Origin: Leucoraja erinacea
Lineage: Eukaryota
Direction: 5' to 3'
DNA: 64,000 bases
Assembly: GCF_028641065.1 (NCBI RefSeq)
Contig: NC_073380.1
Span: 23,312,001 to 23,376,000 of the forward strand
Shown here one piece after another: positions 36,640 through 47,881 of this stretch. The notes below the pieces were generated by a model that did no database searches, was not told the origin of the DNA, and was given only the letters and a program-made list of their open reading frames with translations. The translations under genes were made by a program, and so were the position numbers. The number at the start of each line of letters is the position of its first letter. Position 1 is the stretch's first letter.

Positions 36640-39600
36640 AACCCTCGCTGCCCCATCTACATTCTTGGAAACTCCAGAAGAGCCTGCTGTACCATGGATA
36701 CGCTGGTATGAAAGATTCAAGACTTACCTGATTGCAAATGGCCTGGACGGCGCGGCCATTTCGGACATTCGATGCCGAGCGATTCTGCTGCATTGCCTCG
36801 GAACGGAGGGACAGCGAATCTTCGCGCAGCTCGACAGTGCTGCATCGAGTGAGTACAGTACTGCTATTAATGCACTGGGCAAATATTTTGGCCCAGAGAC
36901 AAGTGTGCTGGTAGAAAGATATCGGTTTTGTCAATGGTCACAGGGACATGGCGAACCAGTGAAGCAATTTGCTTCTGCATTGATAGAACTGGCTGCAAAG
37001 TGCAATTTTGGAGCACTGACTGATGAGCTGGTGAGAGACCAGCTGATCGAAAAGACTTCTGTCCCATGGATTAGAGAGCACCTTCTCAAAGAGGATGATG
37101 CACTCACACTCGAAAAGGCACAAGCGTTAGCTGTGCAAATTGAAAGTGCGATACATAATGCCGAGGTGCTCAAACAGCAACCGATGGCAGGCTCCGAGGG
37201 AGCGTTTAGTCATACATCTCATCAGATGAACACAGCACCAGTGCGGGCATTCAGAGGCAATCAAAACACAATCGCTCAAACAAGCAGTATCCGAATTGTG
37301 GCCGGCCACATGCTCCCGGGGAATGCCTAGCCAATGGTAAATGATGCAACACGTGTTCAAAGCTGAATCACTACGAGAAAGTATGCCGGTCATCAAGGAG
37401 AAGGCGTCATCTGTCCGCCATGTAGACAATGAATCTCCGGGTGGACACAACGTATATACTATAAAGGACAGGGCTGACCAGGATGTTCGGTCAACAGCGA
37501 CTTTCAAAGACTGCATGGTCGAGATCGCTGGGACCTCAGTATCGCTTCTCATATGGTTGGGAGTGAAGGTTTCTATTTTGAGCATCGACCTCTACAAAAG
37601 GTATTTTTACGGAATACCCACTTGCTCCCCCGAGGGACACTGTTCACGCTTATGATGGTTCAACCATACCCACGAGAGGGCTAGTGACCGTTCCTGTCTG
37701 CTACAAAGGAGTTAAGCTCGATAGCTTCACATTCTACATCGCAGAAGGATAGAATCTGATGGGAGTCAATTTGTTTGATTAACTAGGGTTCAAGCTTCAG
37801 GACTCAATTGGCATGAACATAGCGACGCGGACTATGGGCATGAGTACCCCTCCCTTTTCTTGGGTTTTGGGATAGTTAAAGGGTACTGCCACACACCTCG
37901 TGTAGGCACATCAGTCCGATCTGTTTCACAACGCTTACGGCGTCTACCATTTTCAGTTCGTGTGGAAGTCTCAATGGAACTGAAACAACTCGAAAAGGAT
38001 GGTATCATTGAATGCATCGATTCATCCCCTTGGATATCGAATTTGGTCATCACGCGACGCAAGAACGGTGAACTCAGGCTGTGCATCGTTCTCAAATCAG
38101 TCAACAAAGCCATCATTACAGCCAAATACCCTCTGCCAAATATACAAGAGCTAGCTGCGTCGTTCCACGGTTCAACGGTGTTCACAAAACTGGACATGCG
38201 CCAAAGCTACCTTCAGGTACCCCTAGCAGAACGCAGTCGGCAGTTGTCAGCATTCATCACATATAAAGGAGTATTTCAATACCGTAGGGTGGCGTATGGA
38301 CTGTGCTCAGCGCCCAGCGCATTTCAAAAAATCGTGGCGTCGGTTCTGGCAGACATGGATGAAACACTCAATCTCCTCGATGATGTTGTGGTCCATGGCA
38401 GGGACAAGGACGAACACGATCGACGACTGCATGCTGTGTTAGCTCCGCTCGTGCAACAAAACTTGACGCACAAAACCGGAAAAATGCATATTTACAGCAT
38501 CCGAGATTGACTTTATCGAGTACAAAGTGACAGTGACTGGAGTTGAACCCACTCAGGACAATGTCCAAGACATCAATGCACTCCCCGCCCCAACTAACGT
38601 AAAAGAGCTAGCATCATTTCTGGGCATCACCAACTTCTACCACACGTTTGTGCCACGGTACGCGCAGATCGCATAACCGCTACAGAAGCCGCTACGGAAA
38701 GACAAACAGTGGGGATGGACGGATGAGCAGGACTTCACGTTCAACTCGCTGAAAGACAAAATAGCATCTCCGCCTGTTCTCGCACACTTCGACCCAAATG
38801 CGGAAACGTACGTCACAACAGACGCTTCCGGTATAGCGATCGGAACAGTGTTCTTGCAGGGTATCGATGGAAGCGAACGACCGATCGCATTCGCATCCCA
38901 TCCCTTGACTGCATTCGAATGCAAGTACTCCACCGGAGAAGGCAAAGCATTAAAGTGCATATACGCTTGTGACCACTGGCACGTATACCTATACGGGAGA
39001 CCGTTCACTCTCCGTACAGATCACCAAGTGCTAACTACGTTGCTGGACACGTCAGGCTCAGGACATCGTCTGCTCAGGATCTACAAATTGTCCGATCGCC
39101 ATCATCAGTACAACTTCACAGTAGAATACCTCGCAGGTTCACGCAATCGCATCACAGACGTGCTCAATCGCGCCCTAACGGTGGCACCCGCAAGCACACA
39201 CGATAGCGATGCTTCAAGCGCCATCGACAAATACATTCTCGCGGTAATTCCGCGCACAATGGCGAATCTAGTGACGCGGGGACAGCTGAAAGCAGAGTCG
39301 ACAGCTGACGGCACACTGCAAATTGTCTGCCAGTATCTCAGGACAGACTTGCCCAAGGAGATAGCAGATGACTTGGTTCCGTACCACCGGGTACGCCACA
39401 TACCGGCAGTGTTTGATGATACATGTGTCATGCGCGGAACTCAAGTGGTTACACCCAAATCACTGCAACACCGCATGTTACAACTGGCACACGAAGGACA
39501 CCCGGGCATTGTTAAGATGAAACAACGGTGTCGCAAGGCAGTGTGGCGATCAGCAATAGATCGTCGCTTAGAAGATTTCGTAAAAAATTGTGAAGTATGC

Positions 39601-40200
39601 GCAATTAGTGAGAAAGCAACAAAACCACGTCCTGGCCCTCTTCAGCCAATCCCATGGCCGGACAAACCATAGAGGCATCTCGACATCTTCGGAGAGGTGC
39701 AAGCTGCACAAGGAAGCCAGCAGTTTCTACTTGTAGTACATGATCTCCACAGCAAGTGGCCTGAGATCGCAACTACTTTCTCAGTCACACCAAGCTCGAT
39801 CATCGCGATTCTCTAAAAGCTGTTCACTAAGTGGGGACTGCTGGAGGTCATAATGACTGCCAACGGCCCTCAGTTCATATCTGAACAGTTCTCCACTTTC
39901 CTCGCGAGTTATGACATTCAACATCAGCGGACGTTGCGACACCACCCCCAATCAAACGGCGGGGTTGAACGATTCAATCGTGTGATCAAGGAAAGCATAA
40001 AAGCGAGCATGTCGGAGGGGAAAATGTTCGAACAGTCATTCCATATCCTCCTCCGATCCTACAGATCCATACCACACACGTTGACTGGGAAAACATCAGC
40101 AGAGTTGATGATAGGGCGAAACCTGCAAACAAAACTGAATGCTCTTCAACCATCATCCCACCCAAACCCAGAAACAAAAGCAGGGTGGAAATGATAGCGC
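36640..40200 (+). pseudogene. Gypsy gag-pol with stops and frameshifts
   Basis: ORF pieces 36665-37330, 37341-37655, 37860-38510, 38848-39672 and 39853-40194. Confidence 0.88.
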
Positions 40201-40666
40201 ACAGACAAGCAAAAGGGAAAGCGTACTGTGACGCCAAATGCAGAGTACGAGCGCCGCGGTTCAAGGTCGGCGACTGGGTATGAATCAGCCGCCCAAACAG
40301 ACAGCATAAGCTCACAAGCACACTCTCCAAGCTGATACAGATTAAACAGAGATTCGGCGAGAATGCTTACCTCCTCCAAGATGACACCTGATGGAACGTG
40401 AGGCGTCTAATTGCAAGTAGACAGGGACAGGAAGAAGACAAATTGGACACTTTTCCTTTCCCAATATCCAGTCAAGACAGTGATTGTGGTCAGCATACAG
40501 CAGAGCAGTTTATTCCTGTTCACCGCTCCCAGCGACAGAAGAGGAGACCTCAGTATCTGCCGTGAAGTCATAAACGTTATGTTCATCAAGCTGTTGTTTT
40601 GGACTGATTGCATATGGGGTTGGATAACTGGACATATGATAACCTTCATTTACAAGGATGGAAAAG

Positions 40667-40842
40667 TGTTGTGTCCTGTAGTCACCATTAGAGGGCTCTG
40701 TCTCGAAATGAATGTTTCCTCAGGGAGGGCCCCTTGGGGATCTGCAGGGCTTGAGGGCAGCCATGTTTGGCTTGTAATAAATAAACTTCGGGTTCTGGAC
40801 ACCAAGTATAGTTTGTGAATTATTTAGCCCTCGAACACAACA
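40667..40842 (+). repeat. LTR (176 bp)
   Basis: Perfect inverted termini TGTTGTGT...ACACAACA, internal AATAAA, preceded by purine-rich AAGGATGGAAAAG. Confidence 0.8.
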
Positions 40843-40859
40843 AAAGTAATCAAAGATCA

Positions 40860-41205
40860 CAACATGCCAGTTATTCTCTCTTCTCCCTTCCCTCTTCAGG
40901 CAGAAGATACTGTACCAAAGATTGTAAGCACGGTCCACCTGATTGAAGATCATCTTCTTTCTTGCTGTTACTAGACTATTGAATGGACCTCTCCTACGAT
41001 AGAGATGAGTTTCCTGATTTTCTAATCCATCTCGTGGTGGCCCTTGTATTTTTTTATCTGCACTCTCCATGAAGCCTTAATAGGACATTCTGCATTCTGT
41101 TTCTTTCTCACTCTTGCACCACTTTGACATTCTTATGTATTGATAACCCATACACAACGTTTTTCACTGACTTCCTGTATACATGACAATAGTAATGAAC
41201 CAATA
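40860..41205 (+). mobile_element. Degenerate Rex1-type 3' end
   Basis: Remnant of the H..SLF.LPSGRRY C-terminus and a TGACAATA-type tail. Confidence 0.6.
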
Positions 41206-41579
41206 TCAAATAAATCAGAATGGATATTTCCCTTTGTTGTGAGGAGATGGTAGCCTGAGATTCTTGGCATCAGTGATAGGAAATAGATCACTGGTGCTTG
41301 AAATGTTTCTGATTCCTATGTTCTTTTTCAATCACTCATCTGCACTAACATCGATTGTGGTAAAAGAAGGGAGATAGATGTAGTTTAGAGTTTTCCAAGG
41401 TTGTTCAACGGTGCACAGAAACACAATAACACAATACCGCCTACACCTAAAAGCAGGAATACCTTGTGTGTGAATGATGAATTCAGAACCAGTGACATCT
41501 ATGAAACTGTGCAAATCAATCACTGTGAGTTGCCACAGAGTCCATTGTAGTCTGAACTGGAATAAGCAATGTGAAGGCA

Positions 41580-42080
41580 GTTGTAATTTTCGCCACCTCC
41601 AATGGGATCCTACCACTGGCCACACCTTCCCATATCCTCCACTTTCAGCTTTCCGCTGAGACCGCTCCCTCCATAACTCCCTGGTCAATTTCTCCCTTCC
41701 CACACAAATCACCCCCTCTCCTGGCACTTTCCCTTGCAACCGCAGGGGATGCTACACTTGTCGCTTTACCTCCTCCCTTGACTCTATTCAAGGACCCAAG
41801 CAGTCTTTCCAGGTGCAGCAGAGGTTCACCTGCACCTCCTCCAACCTCATCTATTGCATCCACTGTTCTAGGTGTCAGCTGCTCTACATCAGTGAGATCA
41901 AGTGTAGGCTTGGTCTCTTCAGGCCGAGGAAGGGTCTCGACCCGAAACATCACCCATTCCTTCTCTCAAGAAATGCTGCCTGTCCCACTGAGTTATTCTA
42001 GCTTTTTGTGTCCGTCTTTGTGTGTCCGTCTTTTTGTGTCCGTCCGTTTAAACCAGCATCTGCAGTTCCTTCTTACACAG
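41580..42080 (+). mobile_element. Penelope-like fragment with internal deletion
   Basis: QRFTCTSSNLIYCIHCSRCQLLYISE joined directly (~41912) to the pLTR GAGGAAGGGTCTCGACCCGAAACATC. Confidence 0.85.
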
Positions 42081-42736
42081 GTTGTGAGATGAAATACATG
42101 CAGAAAAAGTTATTCATATCAGGCAAAAATACAATAGATTATATTTAATCATGTCAGTTATTAAATAACACAGTAAAGTGTTTGTTTAAATCTAATTAAG
42201 GAACACAAGTAACAGCTGTGGTTCCATACAATGCTACCTAATGCCCAAAAGCTTTCAGTTGATACATTAACATTTTTGTTGAATAAAATGTATTTATTAG
42301 CTTTCAAGTTGCTATTAACCCCCAAAAATATCTTTACCTTATAACGTTCAAATAGGGCTACAATCCCTTGAGGTGAAAATGCTTTACTTTATTGACCAAG
42401 AATGGTCATGAGTTCATATGTGACAGGAGCAGACTTAGGCCATTCAGCCCATCAAGTTAACTCCACTATTCAATCATGGCTGATCCATCTCTCCCTCCAT
42501 ACCCAATTCTCCTGCCCTCACCCCATAACCCCTGACACCTGTACTAATCAAGAATCTATAGTGTGATGATTAGAATTGCACACAATATCCCAGTTATGGA
42601 TTAATCAATGTTTTATAAAGCTGTACCATAATCTCACTGCTCTGAAATTGTATGCTTTGGCTAATTAAGGCAAATATAGTGCTGTGAGGCAGCGGCACAA
42701 CCAGGTATCCTGTCGAAAATGCACACTGCAATCTTA

Positions 42737-42981
42737 AGGGCCTGTCCCACTTTCACGACCTAATTCACGACCTTTTTTACTCGTGGACATTTTTCATCAT
42801 GATAGAAAAACGCCCCGACCTACTTGATGCCACGAGTACCTATGACTAGCATCACGGCCCGCTACGACTTACCTACGACCTCCTACGACCTCCTACGACC
42901 TTGTGACGACCATGCTGCGAGTATGACTCAAAGGCAAACTCGGCAGAGGTCGTGAATCTTCGTGAAAGTGGGACAGGCCCT
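42737..42981. mobile_element. PIF/Harbinger-type MITE (245 bp)
   Basis: TIR AGGGCCTGTCCCACTTTCACGA; TTA TSD at 42734-42736 and 42982-42984; internal CTACGAC repeats. Confidence 0.9.
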
Positions 42982-43439
42982 TTAGTGGAAGGGAGCTGGC
43001 TGATAGGCTTCTGGACTGTCACTACAGTCTTCCATCAAGCTTACACCTTAAAATTTGGGGGCAGTTTATGGGAGTCAGGAAAAATGTCACTTGCTGAAGG
43101 AAAGATAACCCATTAGTATTTATGCAGCCAGTTATATTGAGATTCTGGTCAATGCTGATCTCTGGGATGTTGGTGAAGGACATGGCAATCTATCATCTAG
43201 CTTGTATTCATTCCAGATTGCAAACCACTGCTGATTCTTGCTGTCCTTTAAATGGTGCAGGATATTAGAGTAATATTCTGGTGCCAAGATCGATCCATGG
43301 ATCGGCTGTTTCATGGATGGATGGGTGAATAAACTTGAGGAATGGAGTATAAGGGCCAGTCTTATGCTGAACCAAAAGTTGTCGATTTTTTTAAACCTAT
43401 TTTATTTCTCACTTTTATTAATCCCTTATTTTAATTAAT

Positions 43440-43772
43440 TACAGTAGATGCACAGAGTTGCTTGGCCAGAGGAGGTGAATGGAGGACCAGAGGACATAGG
43501 CTTAGGTGAAGGGGTAAAGATTTAATAGGAATCTGAGGGGTAACCTTTTCACATAAAGGGTGGTAGGTGTATGGAACATGCTGCCAGAGCAGGTAGTGGA
43601 GGCTGGGACTATCCCAACATTTAAGAAGCAGTTAGACAGGTACATGGATATGACAGGTTTGGAGGGACATGGACCAAATGTAGGCAGATGGGACTACTAT
43701 AGCTGGGACATGTTGGCCGATGCGGACAATTTGGTCCGAAGGGCCTGTTTCCACAATGCATCGCTCTATGAC
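43440..43772 (+). mobile_element. CR1 3' end
   Basis: VGVWNMLPEQVVEAGTIPTFKKQLDRYMD; same subfamily as 29885-30215. Confidence 0.88.
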
Positions 43773-43799
43773 TTTAATTTTACTTCACAGTCACGTGGA

Positions 43800-44395
43800 A
43801 GTATGCAGCCGCGAGCGACCAGTGCCCGTGCGCATGGGGGTCGGTTTGAGCGGCTGCAGGAGATACTAAACAGCCGCGAGCGACCAGTGCCCGTGAGCAC
43901 TGGGGTCAGTTTTAGCGGCTGCAGCATGACGAGCAGCCGTGAGCGGCCAGTGCCCGTGAGCACATGTGCAGCATGCAGGATAACGAGCAGTGCCCGAGAG
44001 CATTGGAGCCGGTTGGACCGGCTGCAGGAGCAGTTCCCCTTGTGGGGCTACAGAGTGAAAATACTCCAAAGTGGCAAAGCCACAGTGGGCAACTAATAAG
44101 CCCCATAGCAGTTCCCCTTGTGGGGCTGCACAGAGTTTCTCACTCATCAGAGGGGAACACCGAGAGTCAATCCTGGGCTGGCTGCAGGAGCTGGAACAGG
44201 AGCAGCTGCAGGAGCAGCCGTGACGGCCAGTGCCCGTGAGCATTGGAGTCGGATGGAGTGGCTGCAGAAACTGGAGCAGGAGCAGCCTCAGGAGTAATGG
44301 CTTCAGGAGCAGCCGCGATGGCCAGTGACCATGTGCATTGGAGCCGGTTGAGTGCCCGAGAGCATCGGGACCAGCTGGAGCGGCTGTTGGAGCAG
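43800..44395 (+). repeat. GC-rich degenerate tandem repeat in the DIRS 5' region
   Basis: Repeated CAGCCGCGAGCGACCAGTGCCCGTGAGCA-like units. Confidence 0.85.
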
Positions 44396-44397
44396 GT

Positions 44398-44605
44398 ATA
44401 ATAATAATAATCTTATTTATATAGCACATTTTTAGTCAACTTGCATTGACCCCAAAGTGCTTCACATAATTACATTACATTTACACACAGGCAAAGGTGG
44501 GTGAAGTGTCTTGCCCCAAGGGCACAACGACAGTATGCACTCCAAGCGGGATTCGAACCGGCTACCTTCCGGTCGCCAGCTGAACAATTAGCCCATTGCG
44601 CCGTC
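44398..44605 (-). mobile_element. tRNA-derived CORE-type SINE with L2-like tail
   Basis: A-box GGCGCAATGG (44593-44602), B-box GGTTCGAATCC (44549-44559), CORE-like GTGCCCTTGGGGCAAGACACTT, tail GTGAAGCACTTTG...GTGCTATATAAAT plus (ATT)n. Confidence 0.85.
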
Positions 44606-46227
44606 GGTAAGTGGCAGCTCCATGAGATGGAGACTAGTCACAGAGGGGCAGCTAGTAAGTCCTACAGCAGTACCTCTTGTAGGGCTGCACAGTGTTCTCC
44701 CTCATCAAAGGGGAGTATAGGGGGTCAATTTTGGGTTGCACTGGAACAGGGGAGCAGAACATACCCCTAGTACACTTAAGGTGCAGAAAACCTATTGGAA
44801 AACACTTACCATCAGGGAACTGCAAAACCTGAATGTTCCCAGTATCAATCAAAACATGGTAGAGCAGGGAATTGAAACAAAAGAAAGTTCTAAGTCCTAA
44901 CAGCGGGACAGGATCGGTCGCACTATAAACAGAGACATGACACTAGATCACCAGGATGCACTGGCCTTATATGCTAACCTGGAACCTCCCAACCTCCAAT
45001 ATTAAAATTTGGAGGCATCTTATCTTAACAGGGAAAGAACTTCACATAGAGGGAACTCTGGGGCACATTAAGGAACATCTTAAAAACTACTTCCTGGGAA
45101 ATGCGCTACCCTCATCAGACACCGGCACCTCAACGACCACGGAGGATGCCGAAATAGTAACAAACCTACTAATAGTAACCAGGGAGGTTGGTGGGAGATA
45201 ACAGATCTATCTGTATGCATAGAATTATTTCTACCGACACTTAAATTTCAGAAGTATAGGGGTATACCTTAGAATTATTCATTCCATTATCCTCCAGTTC
45301 AGCATGTACCGAACTGAATGTTCATGCTTAATGGGTAAGAATCAACCAAAGCGCATGCTGAACTACAGTGCCTATATATTATAGGAGTTATGGAGGACAT
45401 CCAACACGTATCACAGGAATTTGTGTCCTAAATATCCTTATCATAATTTAGAGGTGGATGCCACTTCATCTTAGATTGACTAATTTGAATACTTCGTACT
45501 TTATATTCATTACAGATGGGAACCTTTGGTGCAACTAAGGTATTGATCCTAGGGTACTACATGGCAAGCATGGTATTAAAATATGCTTGCTATATAGTAC
45601 TCATTGGAGGTGCCCACATATGTATTTAACACAACAGATCGTCTGCGGTCCACCGTTAACACAGTTCACATGGCAGTGACTTTGCCGTAAGAAAGGGTAC
45701 AGCCTTTATGGGGGCTTGCAGGGAACAAAACCATCCATCAGACTGGTAGTAGAATAATTGGCATTAGCCACATGTGTGACAGCCACATGATATCAGACCT
45801 TTACATAATCAAAGTACTGAGCGTAACATGCGTCACTCAATAAATTATGGGGGGGTCATTCTGACAGACTAATGAAGCAACCAAAGAGGCCACTATGGTA
45901 CAAAAATGGTGGAACATACATTAGGCATTGTTCCTAACCAAACACAGTTACCTGTCTATGGAACCACATACTGATGGGCCTTGGATTGGGATGCTACAAA
46001 TTCCATCTCCAGCTGTGGGGGAGATGGAATGCTCAGGAGGCATCACTACTAATGTTGGGCATATATACCTGGGGAAGTGAGTGCTAGTCATGGCTTTAAG
46101 ATATTGTTTTGGGTTACATCACCAGTATGTTAGTCTACAAATTGACAACACCACCGGAGTAGCATATGTTAACCATATGGGTAGAAACATATCGACACCA
46201 TGTAACTATCTGGCCAACACTATTTGT

Positions 46228-46415
46228 GAATTGAATTGAATTGAATTGAATCCTTTATTGTCATTCAGACCTTTCGGTCTGAACGAAATGTTGTTGCCTG
46301 CAGCCATACACGTAATAATAACAACACACAATAAACACAAACTAACATCCACCACAGTGACTTCACCAAACACCTCCTCACTGTGATGTAGGCAATAGTC
46401 TTAGAGTTACTGTCT
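46228..46415 (-). mobile_element. LINE 3' tail nested in the DIRS
   Basis: (GAATT)n followed by TTTATTGTCA; similar to the tail at ~23566-23775. Confidence 0.6.
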
Positions 46416-46919
46416 CTATTAATCTGGATTAATAGCGTATCCAGTTAGAGATTTGGATATCAGCTTCCAACTACCAGGGAAACTGAATTTAGTGGCAGAC
46501 AACAGGTCATGCTAAGTCTAAAAACACTGTATGGATGTTGGATAAAATATGTATTGCTGGAACAGCCGGTATGGAACACCAGATAATTACCTATTCACAT
46601 CCATGCTCTTACCAGTTATCAAATTATGTTCTTGGGAGCCAGAACCTGGGGAAGTGGTTCAGATGTATCTTCGCTGATTGGGGGATCATTTATGCATCCT
46701 TCCCTTTGCCTCATCAGTCGGGTATTTAGGAAGAAACTATAGACACCACGTCTCGAATTTTGATAATACCTGATTGCCCTACGCAACCATGGGCCCTGGT
46801 GATATCAACATGGGTCAGAACCATACATCACCATCTATCATAGACCTAACTTATTGGGTCTTCCCACAACAAGGGGAGTTACCCATGTCGCTATTATATA
46901 TTAACCTATTTATTTAGAG

Positions 46920-47881
46920 TTGAAATCATCTATTTTACACCTAGGACTGACGGACCGAATGCGGAATTATTTCAGCGGGCCACAGACAGTCCACGCAAAC
47001 ATCAGTACTTGGTATCATCTAGTAATGGGAAGTACTGTCACAACAATAATCATCACCCACAGATTTATGAACATCCCGTCTGTTCTGGAATTCCTGGCAA
47101 GCCTCCATTACGATGAGAGGCTCAGTCATAGTGCCATCAACTGCGCCAGAAGTGCTCTGTCAACATACCTGTCGAAGGTAAAGAGCGGCATTCTGTTGGG
47201 ACACACCCTGGTAACCAAACTCATGAGGGGCATTTTTAAAATTAATCCCCAAGAACCAGGTACTCCCAAATATAGGATGTGAGCATTGTACTGACCATGT
47301 TAAGAAACTGGTCTCCAGCTACAGCTCTGTTGCTATGGAAACTGACAATGAAAACAGTCATGCTGATGGTCCTGGTCATAGCACAAAGGATCCAGTCACC
47401 ACAGAAAATAAGGTTGGACAACATGATTAATTCATCTGGAATTTTAGGTTTACATCAGTGTAATAGTCATACAGAACAGGCAGGGTTCAACACGCCTAAA
47501 AACCAGAAATCAGAGCCTACCCTACAGATGGTCGTCTCTGTATTATAACTCACTTACTATCATACATGACGTAGACTAAGATCATCAGAGGGAAGAAATG
47601 TCACTTTAATCAGCTACTAATAGTCATTCAAAACAGTGACAGTCCAGACCATCTCTAGATGGCTAAAACAAGTCCTAAATAGGCTGGAGTGGACACTAGC
47701 ATTTCAAATCTCACTCCACCAGGGCTGCAGCTACATTGGCAGCTATGAAGTTGGACGTACCAATGGACCAAATCCTCAAGACAGCAGGATGGCCAACAGA
47801 GGAACTTTCCAACGACTTTATAACAAACCAGTCATTGAACCTGGAACATTTGCAGAAACAAATTTAAGTTCTGTAATATAA
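46920..47881 (+). pseudogene. DIRS tyrosine recombinase, frameshifted
   Basis: VLEFLASL..SHSAINCARSALS, LMRGIF, LTMKTVMLMVL..AQR, TISRWLKQVL, HSTR-coding CACTCCACCAGG, TFQRLYNKPV. Confidence 0.85.

Larger units (their letters stand above)
36630..40842 (+). mobile_element. Ty3/Gypsy LTR retrotransposon, decayed; 5' LTR missing
   Basis: gag (PAVPWIRW..F..YL, LVRDQLI), protease remnant (~37500-37800), RT (SPWISNLV, FTKLDM, LLDDVVV), RNase H (TDAS, FTLRTDH), integrase HHCC (AHEGHPG...CEVC) and core (NGPQF, HPQSNGGVERFNR); order PR-RT-RH-IN. Confidence 0.93.

Noticed and set aside
43800-44395. Repeats with variable spacers suggesting a CRISPR-like array (also 51575-51925 and 59803-60074)
   Set aside because: Units are degenerate, spacers are related to each other or absent, there are no cas genes and the context is a vertebrate TE landscape.
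44540-44605. tRNA-like sequence with A and B boxes
   Set aside because: It continues into CORE and LINE-tail sequence and lacks a complete acceptor stem, so it is a SINE head and not a tRNA gene.
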